Positions 12,296-24,804 of a stretch of 64,000 nt of DNA are shown in pieces. Position numbers and translations under genes: made by a program. Position 1 is the first letter of the stretch. Every line of letters starts with the position of its first letter. The notes below the pieces were generated by a model. The model worked only from the letters and a program-made list of their open reading frames with translations, had not been told where the DNA came from and searched no databases. The DNA lies in assembly GCA_047495785.1 (NCBI GenBank), contig JBLDXI010000045.1, positions 62,001-126,000 on the forward strand, written 5' to 3'. This DNA is from Lepidodermella squamata. Lineage: Eukaryota; Animalia; Gastrotricha.

Positions 12296-14415
12296 ATGGA
12301 ATTGGAGACAGCTACAGATACTCCGAAAGCGCCAGAATCGATGCCTACGATAGCTGCGGGGGATGCGAACGATTTATCTCGCGACGATGCTAAGCGCCAC
12401 GTCCGTTTCCCAACTGATGATGTGGTTACTAGCTACATAGACCCTCCTGTATTATGGCCTCGAGATGTCACCATACCGTCCTCTCAAGATCTTCTTGAGC
12501 GATACATGGATGCTTGCATGAGATATAATACTCGCCCTTTACAAAAGCTGACTGATCAACTCATGGCTGTCGATCTGGTGTCTCAACGTTGGGCTCCCGC
12601 TTTAAGCCTTCGCGGTGAGCGTCTTGACCCTCCTCAAGTTGAGAGCATGGAGGAAATTCTCCGCTGGGTTCGCTTTCGTATATTTGACATTTCTGACACA
12701 ATGCTGGATGATGAAAGTGCGACAGCATTGTTTGATATGTTGGAATTCTACGACGGTGTCGAAAATTTGAACATTTCTGGTCAAAAGCAACTCACGGAGA
12801 GAGGCTGGTCTGCTTGTGCAAGATTAATTAGAAGAGCGGCCTCTTTACAGGTTGGTTTCTTGCTGTTGAAAGTTAACTAAAAGGCATCACCTTCTATGAT
12901 AATTTAGGCATTATACATCCGACATTGTACTCTCGACTCACAAGCGTTGCGTCATATCGGCCGTGCTTTACAGTTGGGAGGATTCCTATCAGAAATACAC
13001 CTCGAGAGGTCTTCAATCGGTGGCGCTGGATTGGCGCATTTAGTTGCTGGCGCTCGTACCTCTTCGACTCTTCGTAGACTGCACTTGAGCAGCTGTCGAC
13101 TGGGACCCTCTGATGGAACTCATTTGGGCATATTACTGAGGCAAAGTCGCTCATTAGAGGCTCTTGACGTAGAAGATAATATGCTGCAAGATTCTGGATG
13201 CATGCAAGTTTTATCCGGGCTTGCAGCCAACAGAGAGTCAAAACTCGTTGATCTTCGCCTTGGTGTCAATCAACTTACAGCGCAGGCCGCTAATGCCATA
13301 GCTTATGCTCTAGTTTCTTCCGCCCTTCGCTTTCTATCTGTGACGAAAAATAATATAGGAACTGAAGGTGAGCTATTTATTTAAAATACGTTAACCATTA
13401 TTCAATTTGGACCTTTTCAGGTATATTAACCATGAGAGACGGCATGCTCCGATGTCAGTTACAGCACCTCGATTTGTCAGAAACACGGCTCAGCTGTGAG
13501 GCAGCTATCGCCATTGCGGAAATCGCGGTCGAATCCAGGACCCTGGAATCGCTAGATTTACGAGGCAATCCGATAAGAACTGCTGGCATAATGGCTTTAG
13601 GCTTGGCTGCCAGAATGAACCAGCGGATAATTTCAATTGAAATCGACCGAACGCGACCCGTTGTTAAAAGTGGCAGTGATGGAGCTGCAATGGCCGAGGA
13701 ACTGGTGCATTTGACAAACGAACTGGATCGTCAGCTTTCTGCCAATCGTCTCATTCAATCGCAGCTTATACAAGAGCAAGCGCGTGAGAGAGCTCTTAAA
13801 GAGGAACAAAAAGCTGTGGACGTCGAGAGTGAAGCCGTTGAAGAGTCGAAAGCATCAGAAGTTGTTGAACCAATCGAACCTGTTCAGAGTGATCCAATCA
13901 AATCGTTCTTCGGCAACGGAGAAAGTTTAGATGCCGAGAAAGGAGAGCGACCTCGAGCTGCATCTATTCATCGAGAAGAAAAAATAGCTTCGCCTAAACC
14001 CACAGACTCCTCGCCTTCTTCGAACGAAGAAATTAATGCAATACCTCTTAACGGACATTCCGAATTGAAAACTGAAGATACAGTAGAAGATGTTATTATT
14101 TCGGAAGTCGATGCCACTGCTGTTAAATCTAACCCTAACGACAATGAAACGGCGGGTGATTCTGTTGTGGAGCAAGAAGTAGTGCATAGTGATTCACTTA
14201 ACCCGACAAAGACTAATGGTCATTCCATTGATGAAGACTATGTCGAAGTAAACGCCCCAGATGCTGACCAAGTAGTGCCCGATCATCAAGAAGATGAAAT
14301 TTCGAGTCCCCGGCCGGAAAAAAACGCAAATGGTTCATTAATAGCTGAATCTGATGGGAGCGATGACAAGCTCTCAGAAATCCATAGTCAAAATGGGGAT
14401 GCAACCGAGAATTAG
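12296..14415 (+). CDS. PPP1R37: Protein phosphatase 1 regulatory subunit 37 (LRRC68); exons 12296-12850, 12908-13367, 13421-14415
   Basis: RVxF PP1-docking motif (RHVRFPTDDVV..IDPP..W), Y..AC...P..KL..QL segment, RI-type leucine-rich repeats (LDVEDNMLQDSG, LDLRGNPIRTAGIMAL) and an acidic disordered tail. Confidence 0.88.
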
Positions 14416-15280
14416 TTGTTTCAGCGAAATTGTAGTGATGATTCATTTCAATGCATTTAGTGCTTTCTCTGCCTCCTTCCTGCGTTATCTTGCGTCTGCA
14501 TCCTTCAAAGGCTCAGGCGGCGTAGTAATTTTGATTACACCGGATTGAACTTCTGTTGCGATTTTTGATTGTTTTTCTTGTTGTGGCTGGTTTATATGAT
14601 ATATTCATGAAAATTGAATCGAAAGGCATTTTGATGCTTTGTCCAGCCTGAGTTTAAAAAACCCACAAACAATGATGGATGCAATCTTTTGATTTTATAT
14701 GCGCAAGTGCCTCGCAATTCTGTGGCTTGTGCCGGGGCAGCATTGTAAAAAACAGCCTCCCGTGATTGAGGAATGTATTTTTTAAGTAATTTATTCATTG
14801 CACTAGCAACTTATAATGTTATTAATGAACGAAAGAAGCAACGGACTTGCGCAATCAATTGAAAATGTAAAGCGTCACCTTGTCTGTATAATATAATACT
14901 AATTTCGCCGTGTATTTTCCCTCACGCGTGTGTAACACTCCTGTCGCTGCGGTTGTTGGAATGGCGATGATTCAAGCGATATAAAACAAATTGTTTCGTT
15001 TTTCTTGTTCGCTCGTTTTTCTCGCGTTTTTTCAAAAAATGGACTCGTACTTACATTTTATGATATATGAAAATATAGAATTGATACAATGATGATGATA
15101 ATAATATAAAAACGTGAAATATGATGATAACATAATGAATTATTGATTGTATATAACGAGAAAAATACAAAAATTATAATTATATTATTCTTCGACTGCA
15201 AGATCAGTAAACGTGCTGAATTCTTTACTATCGATTTTTCCCCGTAAATTTAGGTATTTTCGATTTGCTGTATTTAAACC

Positions 15281-17161
15281 ATGCAACGGTCGCCTAGCGA
15301 GTCGAATGTGCTCGAGTTCAAAGAGCTGACGAAGCGGAGAGCCGTCGAGGGCCTCCAGCGTGAGTTGGATCGCCTGGTGATGACTGGCAAGACCGAAGAA
15401 GAGCGAGAAATTGCTAAGCGTGAATTCGATGGCTTTATCAAGGTCTTCCGTCAGTACATCTCGATGGAAAGCTCGACCATCAACTGGGAAAAGATTCAAC
15501 CCCTACCGCCAGGCACTCTTCGCGCTTACTCTGAAATCGATGCTCCCATCCCTGATGCCACAACTTGCCGTAATTTGTTGAGCAAACTCGTTGTCATCAA
15601 GCTCAACGGTGGTCTGGGTACTTCGATGGGTTGCAAAGGCCCGAAAAGTGTCATCCCAGTGCGATCTGACCTCACGTTCTTGGATTTGACCATTCAGCAA
15701 ATCGAAGTAATTTTTCTTGCGATTTTTCGGATTTTTAATTAATAAGTTATTTTCCCTTAGAATATCAACAAAGCTTACGGCGTTGATATACCATTAGTTC
15801 TGATGAATTCTTTCAATACCGACGATGATACGAAGGAAGTGCTGGCCAAGTATTCACACATCAACGTTACTCTGGTGACTTTCATGCAAAGCCGTCACCC
15901 CCGCATCAATAAGGAGTCGCTTCTGCCCATCGCGCGAAGCCTGAGCGATCAAACTGAGTGCTGGTACCCGCCTGGTCACGGTGACATCTACGAAGCCTTT
16001 TTCAACAGCGGCTTGCTGCAGAAAATGCTCGACCAGGGCAAAGAATACGTTTTCATCACCAACGTCGATAACTTGGGCGCAACTGTTGATATTAGTATGA
16101 GTTGATTTTTTAAGGAGGAATTTTGATTTTCGATCCAATTTTTTTAAGATATTCTGAAATTCTTGCTCGACACGCCTGTTGATAAACGCCCTGAATTCGT
16201 CATGGAGGTCACCGACAAAACGCGCGCTGATATCAAGGGTGGTACGCTTATCAATTACGAAAACCGCCTGCGTTTGCTCGAAATCGCGCAAGTGCCGAAA
16301 GACTACGAAGACGAGTTCAAGAGTGTTAAGAAATTCAAAATCTTCAACACCAACAATTTGTGGGTTCAGCTCAAGGCGATGAAACGCGTCGTTGAGCTAG
16401 AAGCTCTTGACATGGAAATCATCGTCAACCCGAAAACTGTTGGAGATGGCAAGTCAATCACCAACGTTATCCAACTTGAGCGAGCTGCTGGTGCCGCTAT
16501 CAAGTGTTACGAACGCGGTATTGGCGTTATTGTGCCGCGTCGTCGTTTCCTGCCCGTCAAAACAACTGCCGATCTGCTGTTGGTGATGAGCAATTTGTAC
16601 GCTATGCGCAGTGGCATGCTGGAGTTGTCGCCGAAGCGATCGTTCGAAACGACGCCACTCGTCAAACTCGGCTCGCAATTCACAACGGTCAAGGAGTTTC
16701 TGTCGCGTTTTGCCAACATCCCTGATATGCTCGAACTCGACCACCTCACTGTCTCGGGTGATGTGACTTTTGGCAAGAACGTTTCCCTTCGCGGAACAGT
16801 CATTATCATCGCGAATCACGGTAATTTTCAGAAATCTGTACAAAATCAGCATTATTTTTAGCTGAAGTATGATCAACTGAAAATTAAATTTATTTAATTA
16901 TGGAGAATAATTCGAAAAATGGTATTCCGCCTTATAATATTTTCAATATCAGGAAATGGTGTAGATAACGGTAGGTATATTAAACGGTGCTGGAGGTTTT
17001 GATCTGGCTGTTGTATTAAAATTCGATTGTTTTGAATATCATCTAAGATTACGGATCTTTACAATTATTTTGTTTTCTTAGGTGACCGAATCGATATCCC
17101 GCCCGGGGCCATCCTCGAAAATAAGATTGTATCTGGCAACCTGCGCATCCTTACGCATTAA
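15281..17161 (+). CDS. UGP2: UTP-glucose-1-phosphate uridylyltransferase; exons 15281-15706, 15761-16094, 16149-16820, 17082-17161
   Basis: Motifs [55 protein letters not shown], and C-terminal [26 protein letters not shown]. Confidence 0.97.
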
Positions 17162-17544
17162 GGTGGATATGACGGCGCATGTATTGAGAATTTTGCTGCC
17201 AAGTCGCTGCTACCTTATATGAATTTATTAGCATCACTCTAAACCGACAAAATACTGACTCGTAGAAGTTGCTACAGCTACTTATTATAACGATATGCAC
17301 TGAGAGTCGCCTTTATATTTTTGTTTTGCTTGTCACTTTTTCTCTCTCTTCCACGGCTAAGTTGTGAAGTGTATGTGTGTGTATCGGTACTACTATAAAA
17401 TAGTTTAATCACGACCGATTTATCATCATAATAATCTCTTTTTGTGCCTTCTAAATCGTCTGCTATCGACTATTTTTCGAGATTCTTTATAATAATACCA
17501 AATGTCTTCCTTCGTGTGCGGAGCTAACAACATCAATATATAGT

Positions 17545-17863
17545 GAGATATTTTCTAACGAAAAACCCGGTTTCCTTTTGTCTTCAATCCTTTGGACTTT
17601 GTGGCTCAGATAATTTAATTTTCGTGCGCAAATAATAACTAAGAATGGTCAATTATTATTAAAACCGCTGATATTGTTTTATATTATTGTGTCGTTTGTT
17701 GTTTTTAGCGCGATAACATTTTATCATGAAGTTGTTGATGCGGAAATCTCTGACCGAGCCGCGTTTTGGCTTGGCCGATGCGTCATCTAATGGGTTTATT
17801 TGCAAGGTGTCTAAAGTCGAATCTGATGCGGCAGAACATTGCGTTGCAGAAGCGCCAGCGTAA
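17545..17863 (+). pseudogene. Degenerate duplicate of the VPS54 5' flank and first codons
   Basis: Aligns with about 20870-21130. ATG at 17738 reads MRKSLTEPRFGLADASSNG (VPS54: MLKSLTEPRFGSPDASSNG), then diverges and stops at 17863. Confidence 0.75.
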
Positions 17864-18481
17864 ATGCGCGGCAATAGTGTCACGACTTTCGGCAAGACAA
17901 TTTCGCTGCTGATTGACTGCGGTAAGAACCTTATATTTTTATAACAGGACTTCGATCCGATTGATGAAATTCAACGCTTTAAAACCCACTTATCCATTCT
18001 TTACTAGAACCATCCAGCGGGTTAATAATTAAGAGAATAAAGACTGGGATTAAAAACCAAAATTAACGTCGATCATTGGAACCGGTTATTTTTCGTTATC
18101 AAGGTGTTGAGATGATCCTATCTAAGTATCGAAACATTGGTGTTAGAGCGATGGTTGAATCTATAGTTAGTCAGAAATTGGATACGACTTAGGGAATTAA
18201 ATTTTATGTTCTCATTTTCTAGATAATGAGGGAGTGACTTGTCTCTCCGTTGCTTATGGTCGCGTGTATTTTTTGCAGCACGCGCGGCGCAAAATTTATT
18301 TCAATTATTTTATAATAAGTAAAAGGTTAACACTTAAAACCACAGCGCAACACAAAACACCAATTTGCAGCAGGATAAAATTGCAACACATAACTTATTT
18401 CTGTAACTTGTAAGTTTGATATAACAAGAAGATATAGGATAGGGGCAGTTTTTTACGCTCAATCCGAATATGAAAACCGAA

Positions 18482-18571
18482 AGGGACGATTTTCAATTTT
18501 TACCCGGGTAGTACCCGGTTTTACCCGGTTTTACCCGGTTTTTACCCGGTTTACCCGGTACCAACGTCCCT
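18482..18571. repeat. Six tandem TACCCGG(TTT) units bracketed by a short inverted repeat; possible hAT-type MITE relic
   Basis: TACCCGG at 18501, 18512, 18522, 18532, 18543 and 18552; ends AGGGACG / CGTCCCT. Confidence 0.6.
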
Positions 18572-18803
18572 GACATTCAAACAATTACCACGGTCGTATT
18601 CCGCGCCCCCGACAACATCTATTGGTATGCCTGAATTTTACTTGTTTCACTAAATGCCAAAAACAAGGTCGTGTGTTGCAAAAATGTGTGCTGCAAAATA
18701 TTACATTTTGTGTTGCACTTTGGTTATTTCTGTTACGCTGTGGTGGTGAGCCAAAGGTTAATCTGCTTGGTGTTATTAATTCTCTTTCCTGAAAATTTTT
18801 ATC

Positions 18804-20338
18804 ATGAAACTATTAGAGCTGACTTCACCGATTGATAAGTGCTTTGCTGCGTCCTATGCGCCAATCAATCGAATCATAGATCCATCAAAACGTCGAGTTG
18901 AAGACCAGAGAGATATTGAGAACAATTTATCAGCGGCTCATATAAGCCTCGGTGAAAGTAAAAAGTTCAACGGAGCGCCAACCTTGGTGTTGAATAAATC
19001 CTTTCAAGCCACGCCTAATATAAATGACAAGAGAACAAAACCGAATTTTCGAATTAATATGGCGGCGTTGTTGAATGATCCTAGGCCTGGCAAGCGGCCA
19101 ATAGATATTTTTAGAAAATCATACGGTGGTTCTTTCGAACGAGCAGCTTCGTTACCCATTCCACCTCTAACTCAGTCAATTTTAAGCAATCCAGCCACGA
19201 AGGAGTGCACAGAATTCGTCGAAGTAGTTGGCGTTAGTTTCTTTACAATATTCTACAATATTTTGGACAATATTCCCTTTATGAATAATCTTATCCCACA
19301 TTTTATCATCCGAAATTCCGGGCGGTTACAGCTACCAATTCTAAAGGTTAATGATTATTAGAAGCCGGCGCTTAGTGGGTCAAATAACTAGCATTTTTAA
19401 CTAACTATAAGCCATCAACATAATTTTATATGAAGTTGGCCGTGTGAAACCTAAGGAATCTGTTTGTTTCATTATGCATACGATGTTATAGAATTCACAA
19501 ATAACGTCATACTTTCATTTTCCAGAAACGAGCTGCGAATCATCTAGATAAACCAGGCGCGAAGCCAGTTGTTGAGCGGCCTTCATCACCATCCTCGCAA
19601 GACCTGTCGTCCATACCTCCTGAATTCTTCCAAACAACGTTCTCTCTGAGTAACCCCGACACTTTCTATTCGTTGTTCTCGTGGCTTCGAAACAGCAACA
19701 AGGCGATGGATAATGCAACTACCCCCGAATCGAATAAGCAGCAGTCACAGGCCTTGCACGATCGCCTATCCGCCTACCTGGACGTAGTGGAGGCCGAAAT
19801 CTCGCGCCAAGTTTCATCGCGATCAGACTCATTTTTCGCGACGATGACTTCGCAAGACGTGCTGCAGGCCTATCTCGCGCAAACTCTCATCGCGGTTCGG
19901 TCGCTGCGGACAAAGCTGAAAAACGTCCACACGTCTTTCGTCGAAGCGCCAATGCAAGTGATGCGACTGACAGCGACTCGTGATAGACATGCTGCTGTTT
20001 TCAAAAAACTCCGCCTTATCTCTACCGTCGCGGGTACTCAGTCTACAATCCAGGTCCTGCTTAGCGCTGGCGATTATTCAGGTGCTATCGACCTCATTCG
20101 CTCTACCAGAAAAGTTATTTCTGAAGATTTGAACGGAGTAGTCTCTTTCAGAAGCATGTTTTTGAAACTTGCTGAACTCGAAAAAATATCGATACAATGC
20201 TTTGTGACGAGATTTTGGATAGCCTCAAATGCGGATTTTGACTGTGATCGGTTATTAGCTGGGAGAAACGCTATTTTGAGAATGCTCACTTTGTTTTCGA
20301 AACACTTGAAATCATTATATTCTGATGCCTGCCGATAA
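18804..20338 (+). CDS. C-terminally truncated VPS54 paralogue (about 413 aa) or young pseudogene; exons 18804-19232, 19526-20338
   Basis: Exon 1 ends in FRINMAALLNDPRPGKRP...NPATKE as in VPS54. The phase-0 intron is at the homologous position (GT at 19233, CAG ending 19525). Exon 2 is nearly identical to VPS54 up to about 20101, then diverges with a frameshift near 20185. Confidence 0.6.
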
Positions 20339-21040
20339 AAATTAAGATGGTTGGAAACCACCCGCATTTTGACAATGAAACTGCCATGTCGTTGTCAGTT
20401 CAGCAGTGAAATTTCTTCATTTGAAAAAAACCATGTCATCAGATTGCATTCGTGAAATCTCCAAATACCAAACTTCATTTTCCTTGGAAAATCGCAAACT
20501 TACTGTCGCCATGTTTGAATGTGCATTAATTTATTGTTGTGATTCTGCTCATCGTTTGCGAGCTCAACAGAGTGAATGGATTATTCTGTCCGAACATGAA
20601 CATCTCCTGGAATTTCACATGGAAGTCCGATTTTACCTCGAAAGAGAAATTATGCCTTCCGGTTTTGTATTGCTTACCTCGTTTAGCTGTGAATAATGAT
20701 ATTATTGATGATGTTCTACGTTACTCTGGAGCATAGATGGGACGTGTGATGATCTCTCGCTTTTACTCTTGCTTTGACGGTACCAACAGATTATCTTTCA
20801 TAATTTCTTTTGAAAATGTTAGTAAAAATGTACCTTGGTGCACTGAACGCCGAGTGACATCAATTTAACTTGATATTTTCTAACGAAAGACCTGTCCCTT
20901 GAATCTTTGGGACTTGTTTATTCAGATCGGTACATTTTTGTGTACAAGAAAGGTCGAATATCGAAACTGCTTATTTTGTTTTATATTATTATGTTTTGTG
21001 TTACTTATAGCGCGTTAAAATGTTATCATAAAGTTGTTTG

Positions 21041-24000
21041 ATGCTGAAATCGCTGACCGAGCCGCGATTTGGCTCGCCCGATGCGTCATCAAATGGGGTT
21101 ATTGACGCGGCATCGAAAACCGATTCAAATTCGGTTGAGGATCGCGATAAATACAAGCGTAAAATTGCGGCGATGATTTCGGGCGTGAGTAGTGAAATGG
21201 CGGAACAGCGCAAGTCCAATGCGTCGCCTCAACCAGCAGCTCAGGCTACTGATACCCGTTTGGCTAGGGTGAAAGCCTCGGCAACAGGCCCTGTTCCGTC
21301 TCATTCCGACAATGATTTAGCCGGAATGTCATCTTTGCCTTTCAATAAAAATAATTTCCTCGAAAATCATGCGGCTAACAGCGGCCATAGTCGGTCGTCG
21401 AGTCAAAGCGGCAGTCTGTGCAATCTCCTTGCGACCTCGTCAGCACTTGGTGGCAGTCAAACTTCACTTTCGGCTTTCAACGCAGTGCCACCTTCGTCTT
21501 CGAATACTTCCATTCAAACTATCGCAAACAACAATAATGCGGTTAGCTCTCCGCAGACTCCAACCGGCAGCTCGAAACCTGGTTTTCGGGTTAATATGGC
21601 GGCGCTGTTGAATGATCCTAGGCCTGGCAAGCGGCCGATATATATATTTAGCAAATTATATGGCGAGTCTTTCGAACGAGCCGCCTCGTCACCCATTCCA
21701 CCTCTAACTCAACCGATTTTTAACAATCCAGCGACGAAGGAGTTCTCAAAATACCTCAGGATAGCTCGGGTAAGCTTTATACATTCTGAATGGGAATCTG
21801 TATTGGTGGAGGGCCCTTAGCAAATATGTTTTGATGCCAGTGAAATTCGCTTATAGATAACTGAACCAACGTTTCTGATTTTAAAGGCCACTATTTTCTC
21901 CTAATCATGTGAAAGCGAAAAAAATTGACTAGTTTGAACACGATAGAATTATATGGGATCGTCAACCTTATTCTTAATGAGAGTCGGTTGTGAAAATGAA
22001 AATTTGACATTGAAAGCTCAGGAATAATGCAAAATAGATAAATGAAGAAAATTAAGATATTCGACTAAAGTGTAGAGGCATTTCTCGGATTTTTCCAATT
22101 TTAAAACTTTGGTCTGAATATTCCTAAATTTTTCCGAATTTTAACAACTGGGATTGACTTGCGATTTCCTTGAGTTTTATTGCTATTATCCCTTATTTTG
22201 CCGAAGCAGAAAATCCTTAAGTCTGATTTGCACTCATTAACGGCATAATTATAAAAAGTTCAGGAGATTTCACAAAGAATATTTTCCCCTTTTAAATTTC
22301 GTTGTGTAGCTATTTTGTAAGTGGTATTATTGTTTTACAGAAACGAGCTGCGAATCACAAGAATAAACCAGGTGCGAAACCTGTTGTTGAGCGGCCTTCA
22401 TCACCATCCTCGCAAGACCTATCATCCATACCTCCTGAATTCTTCCAAACAACGTTCTCTCTGAGTAACCCCGACACTTTCTACTCGTTGTTTTCGTGGC
22501 TTCGGAACAGCAGCAAGGCGCTGGATAATGCAACTACCCCCGAATCGAATAAGCAGCAGTCACAGGCGCTGCACGACCGCCTATCCGCCTACCTGGACGT
22601 AGTGGAGGCCGAAATCTCGCGGCAAGTTTCATCGCGATCCGACTCATTTTTCGCGACAATGACTTCGCAAGACGTGCTACAGGCCTATCTCGCGCAAACT
22701 CTCATCGCAGTTCGGTCGCTGCGGACAAAGCTGAAAAACGTCCACACGTCTTTCGTCGAGGCTCCAATGCAAGTGATGCGACTGACGGCGACCCGTGATA
22801 GACATGCTGCTGTTTTCAAAAAACTGCGCCTTATCTCTACCGTCGCGGGTACTCAGTCTACCATCCAGGTCCTGCTTAGCGCTGGCGATTATTCAGGCGC
22901 TATCGATCTCATTCGCACCACCCAGGAAGTGATAGCTGAAGATTTGAACGGAATAGTTGCATTTAGGTATCTGCCAGTTCAATTAGCAGAAGTTGAGAGG
23001 ACGATTGATACTATGCTGTGTGACGAGGTCAAGGATTGTTTGGCTCGCGAGCTAAATCGAACCGATGCTACCACGTTGATTCAAGACGAAACGCGTTTAA
23101 TCGGAATCACGCTGGGTTTGCTCAAACTGCATCGATTTGTCTTTCTCGAGGCGTTGCAAGAAGAAGCGGGAACAAGCGTTAAAACGCTGATTAAATCGTC
23201 CGTGATACAGTCTGTCTCAAACTCGGAATCAATTTCAAACTCACGCAGCGGCTCAATGTCTTTGGACGACCAACTACGTCAATTAGCGCCGGTTGAATGG
23301 CTCGGCTTAGTTCAAGACCTGTATAACAATTTAACCGCTTTGTTGGACCGAGTTCAAGCGGTTAGAAATGTGTTCATGGATCTTGTCCTATTGGCTGCGG
23401 GGAAGGCGCAGCAGAACTCGCAGAGTAACGGCCGGCCCGAGTCGACGTCAACCACGTTAATAGTAGCAGCGGAGGATTCGCAAAATCTTCGTTTACCCGA
23501 GACAGTATACCTGAAATTAAAAGCTCAGTTTATTGATACAATGTACGCAATTTCCGACCTGGTTCAACAACGGTGTATCAAAGTTATGGAGATTCGACTG
23601 CAAAAATCGAGTACGAACGGCTCGGATCGAACTTCAGTGTCGGATTTTCTCATTTTTGCCGGCATGTCGGAGAAATTTATCGCTCGTCTGGCGGAAATGT
23701 TGGAGAGGCCGAGTAAAACACTACCGGCTGGTTCGCCCCTACCCGCTTTTGTGCACTGCCAAATGGCGCGATTCATCTCGCAGTTCCACGAGGAACGGCG
23801 CCACAAACTCGCCGAGATTCTTGATACAGAAATGTGGAAACCGGCCATTGTTCCGGCAGATTTCCAACGGCTCATGGATCAAGTTTACGAGTCGAAGCGG
23901 TTAGTTCTACTCGCCTCATCGCCGTCGAATGAATCGAACGCTTCGTCCGGCTCGGCTGATATCGCAGTTGCCACCCCGACGAAAACCATTCGATTAGGGG

Positions 24001-24804
24001 GCGATGAGTACTGCGTAGCTGGTACTTGTTTAATGCTATTCCGCCTTATTGTTGACTACGGAGATTGTGCCTCTAAAATACCCTCATCCGCCGGTGATTT
24101 ATTGAATAAATTGGTTGAAATACTGAAAACTTACAATTCTCGGACCTGCCAACTTGTCCTTGGAGCTGGCGCTGTTCAATTACTCGGCCTTCGAACAATT
24201 ACCGCCGGCCATTTAGCGCTATCGGCCAGGTCTCTTCAGTTCGTTTTATGCTTGTTGCCGATTATTCGCGGCCATTTCGCGTCGGTTATGACGAGTGATT
24301 CCGGTGGACCGAATCTTCAACTGACGAAATATGTCGATCAGCTCGAGCACGACTATGCAGATCACGTGAATGAAATTATGGGCAAGATTTTGAGTGTAGT
24401 CGACGGCGCCATTGCCGACCAGTTTGCGAAATGGGAGGCCAAACCGCCTGTACCGTCGCCTCTCGTTAAAACCGTCTGCGGTCAGTTGAAGCGATTGAAC
24501 GAATCTATTGCCCATGTAACTCCCAACTCTGATCGGGCGGCGATTTTCCGCAAAGTTTCAGCCTCGTTTCGCGATCAAATGTCAGATCGGCTGCGGCAGC
24601 TTGAGATTAAGATGGATACCAACACATCTGCTTGCGGGTGAGTTGTTACATTTTATTCGATTAAATGCTCATTTTTAATGATTTCACGTGATTTGTAGAC
24701 TCGTCAGCCAAGAAATAGCATTTTTCAACGAACAAGTGCGGTCCTTCAACCTTGGAATAGCCAATCTTTCAATCGGCGACTTCATGACTAAGCCTGCGAA
24801 ATGA
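21041..24804 (+). CDS. VPS54: Vacuolar protein sorting 54 (GARP complex subunit); exons 21041-21769, 22341-24637, 24699-24804
   Basis: ALLNDPR, IPPEFF...FSLSNPDTF, LSAYLDVVEAEISRQVSSRSDSFF, FHEERRHKL..ILDTEMW, YNSRTCQLVLGAGA...GLRTITAGHLALS, WEAKPPVPS. Confidence 0.96.

Noticed and set aside
18499-18561. TACCCGG array as a telomeric repeat or CRISPR
   Set aside because: Only six irregular units, no spacers, interstitial, eukaryotic context.
20406-20736. Short ORFs after the truncated VPS54 copy as a new C-terminal exon
   Set aside because: No convincing splice path or similarity to VPS54.
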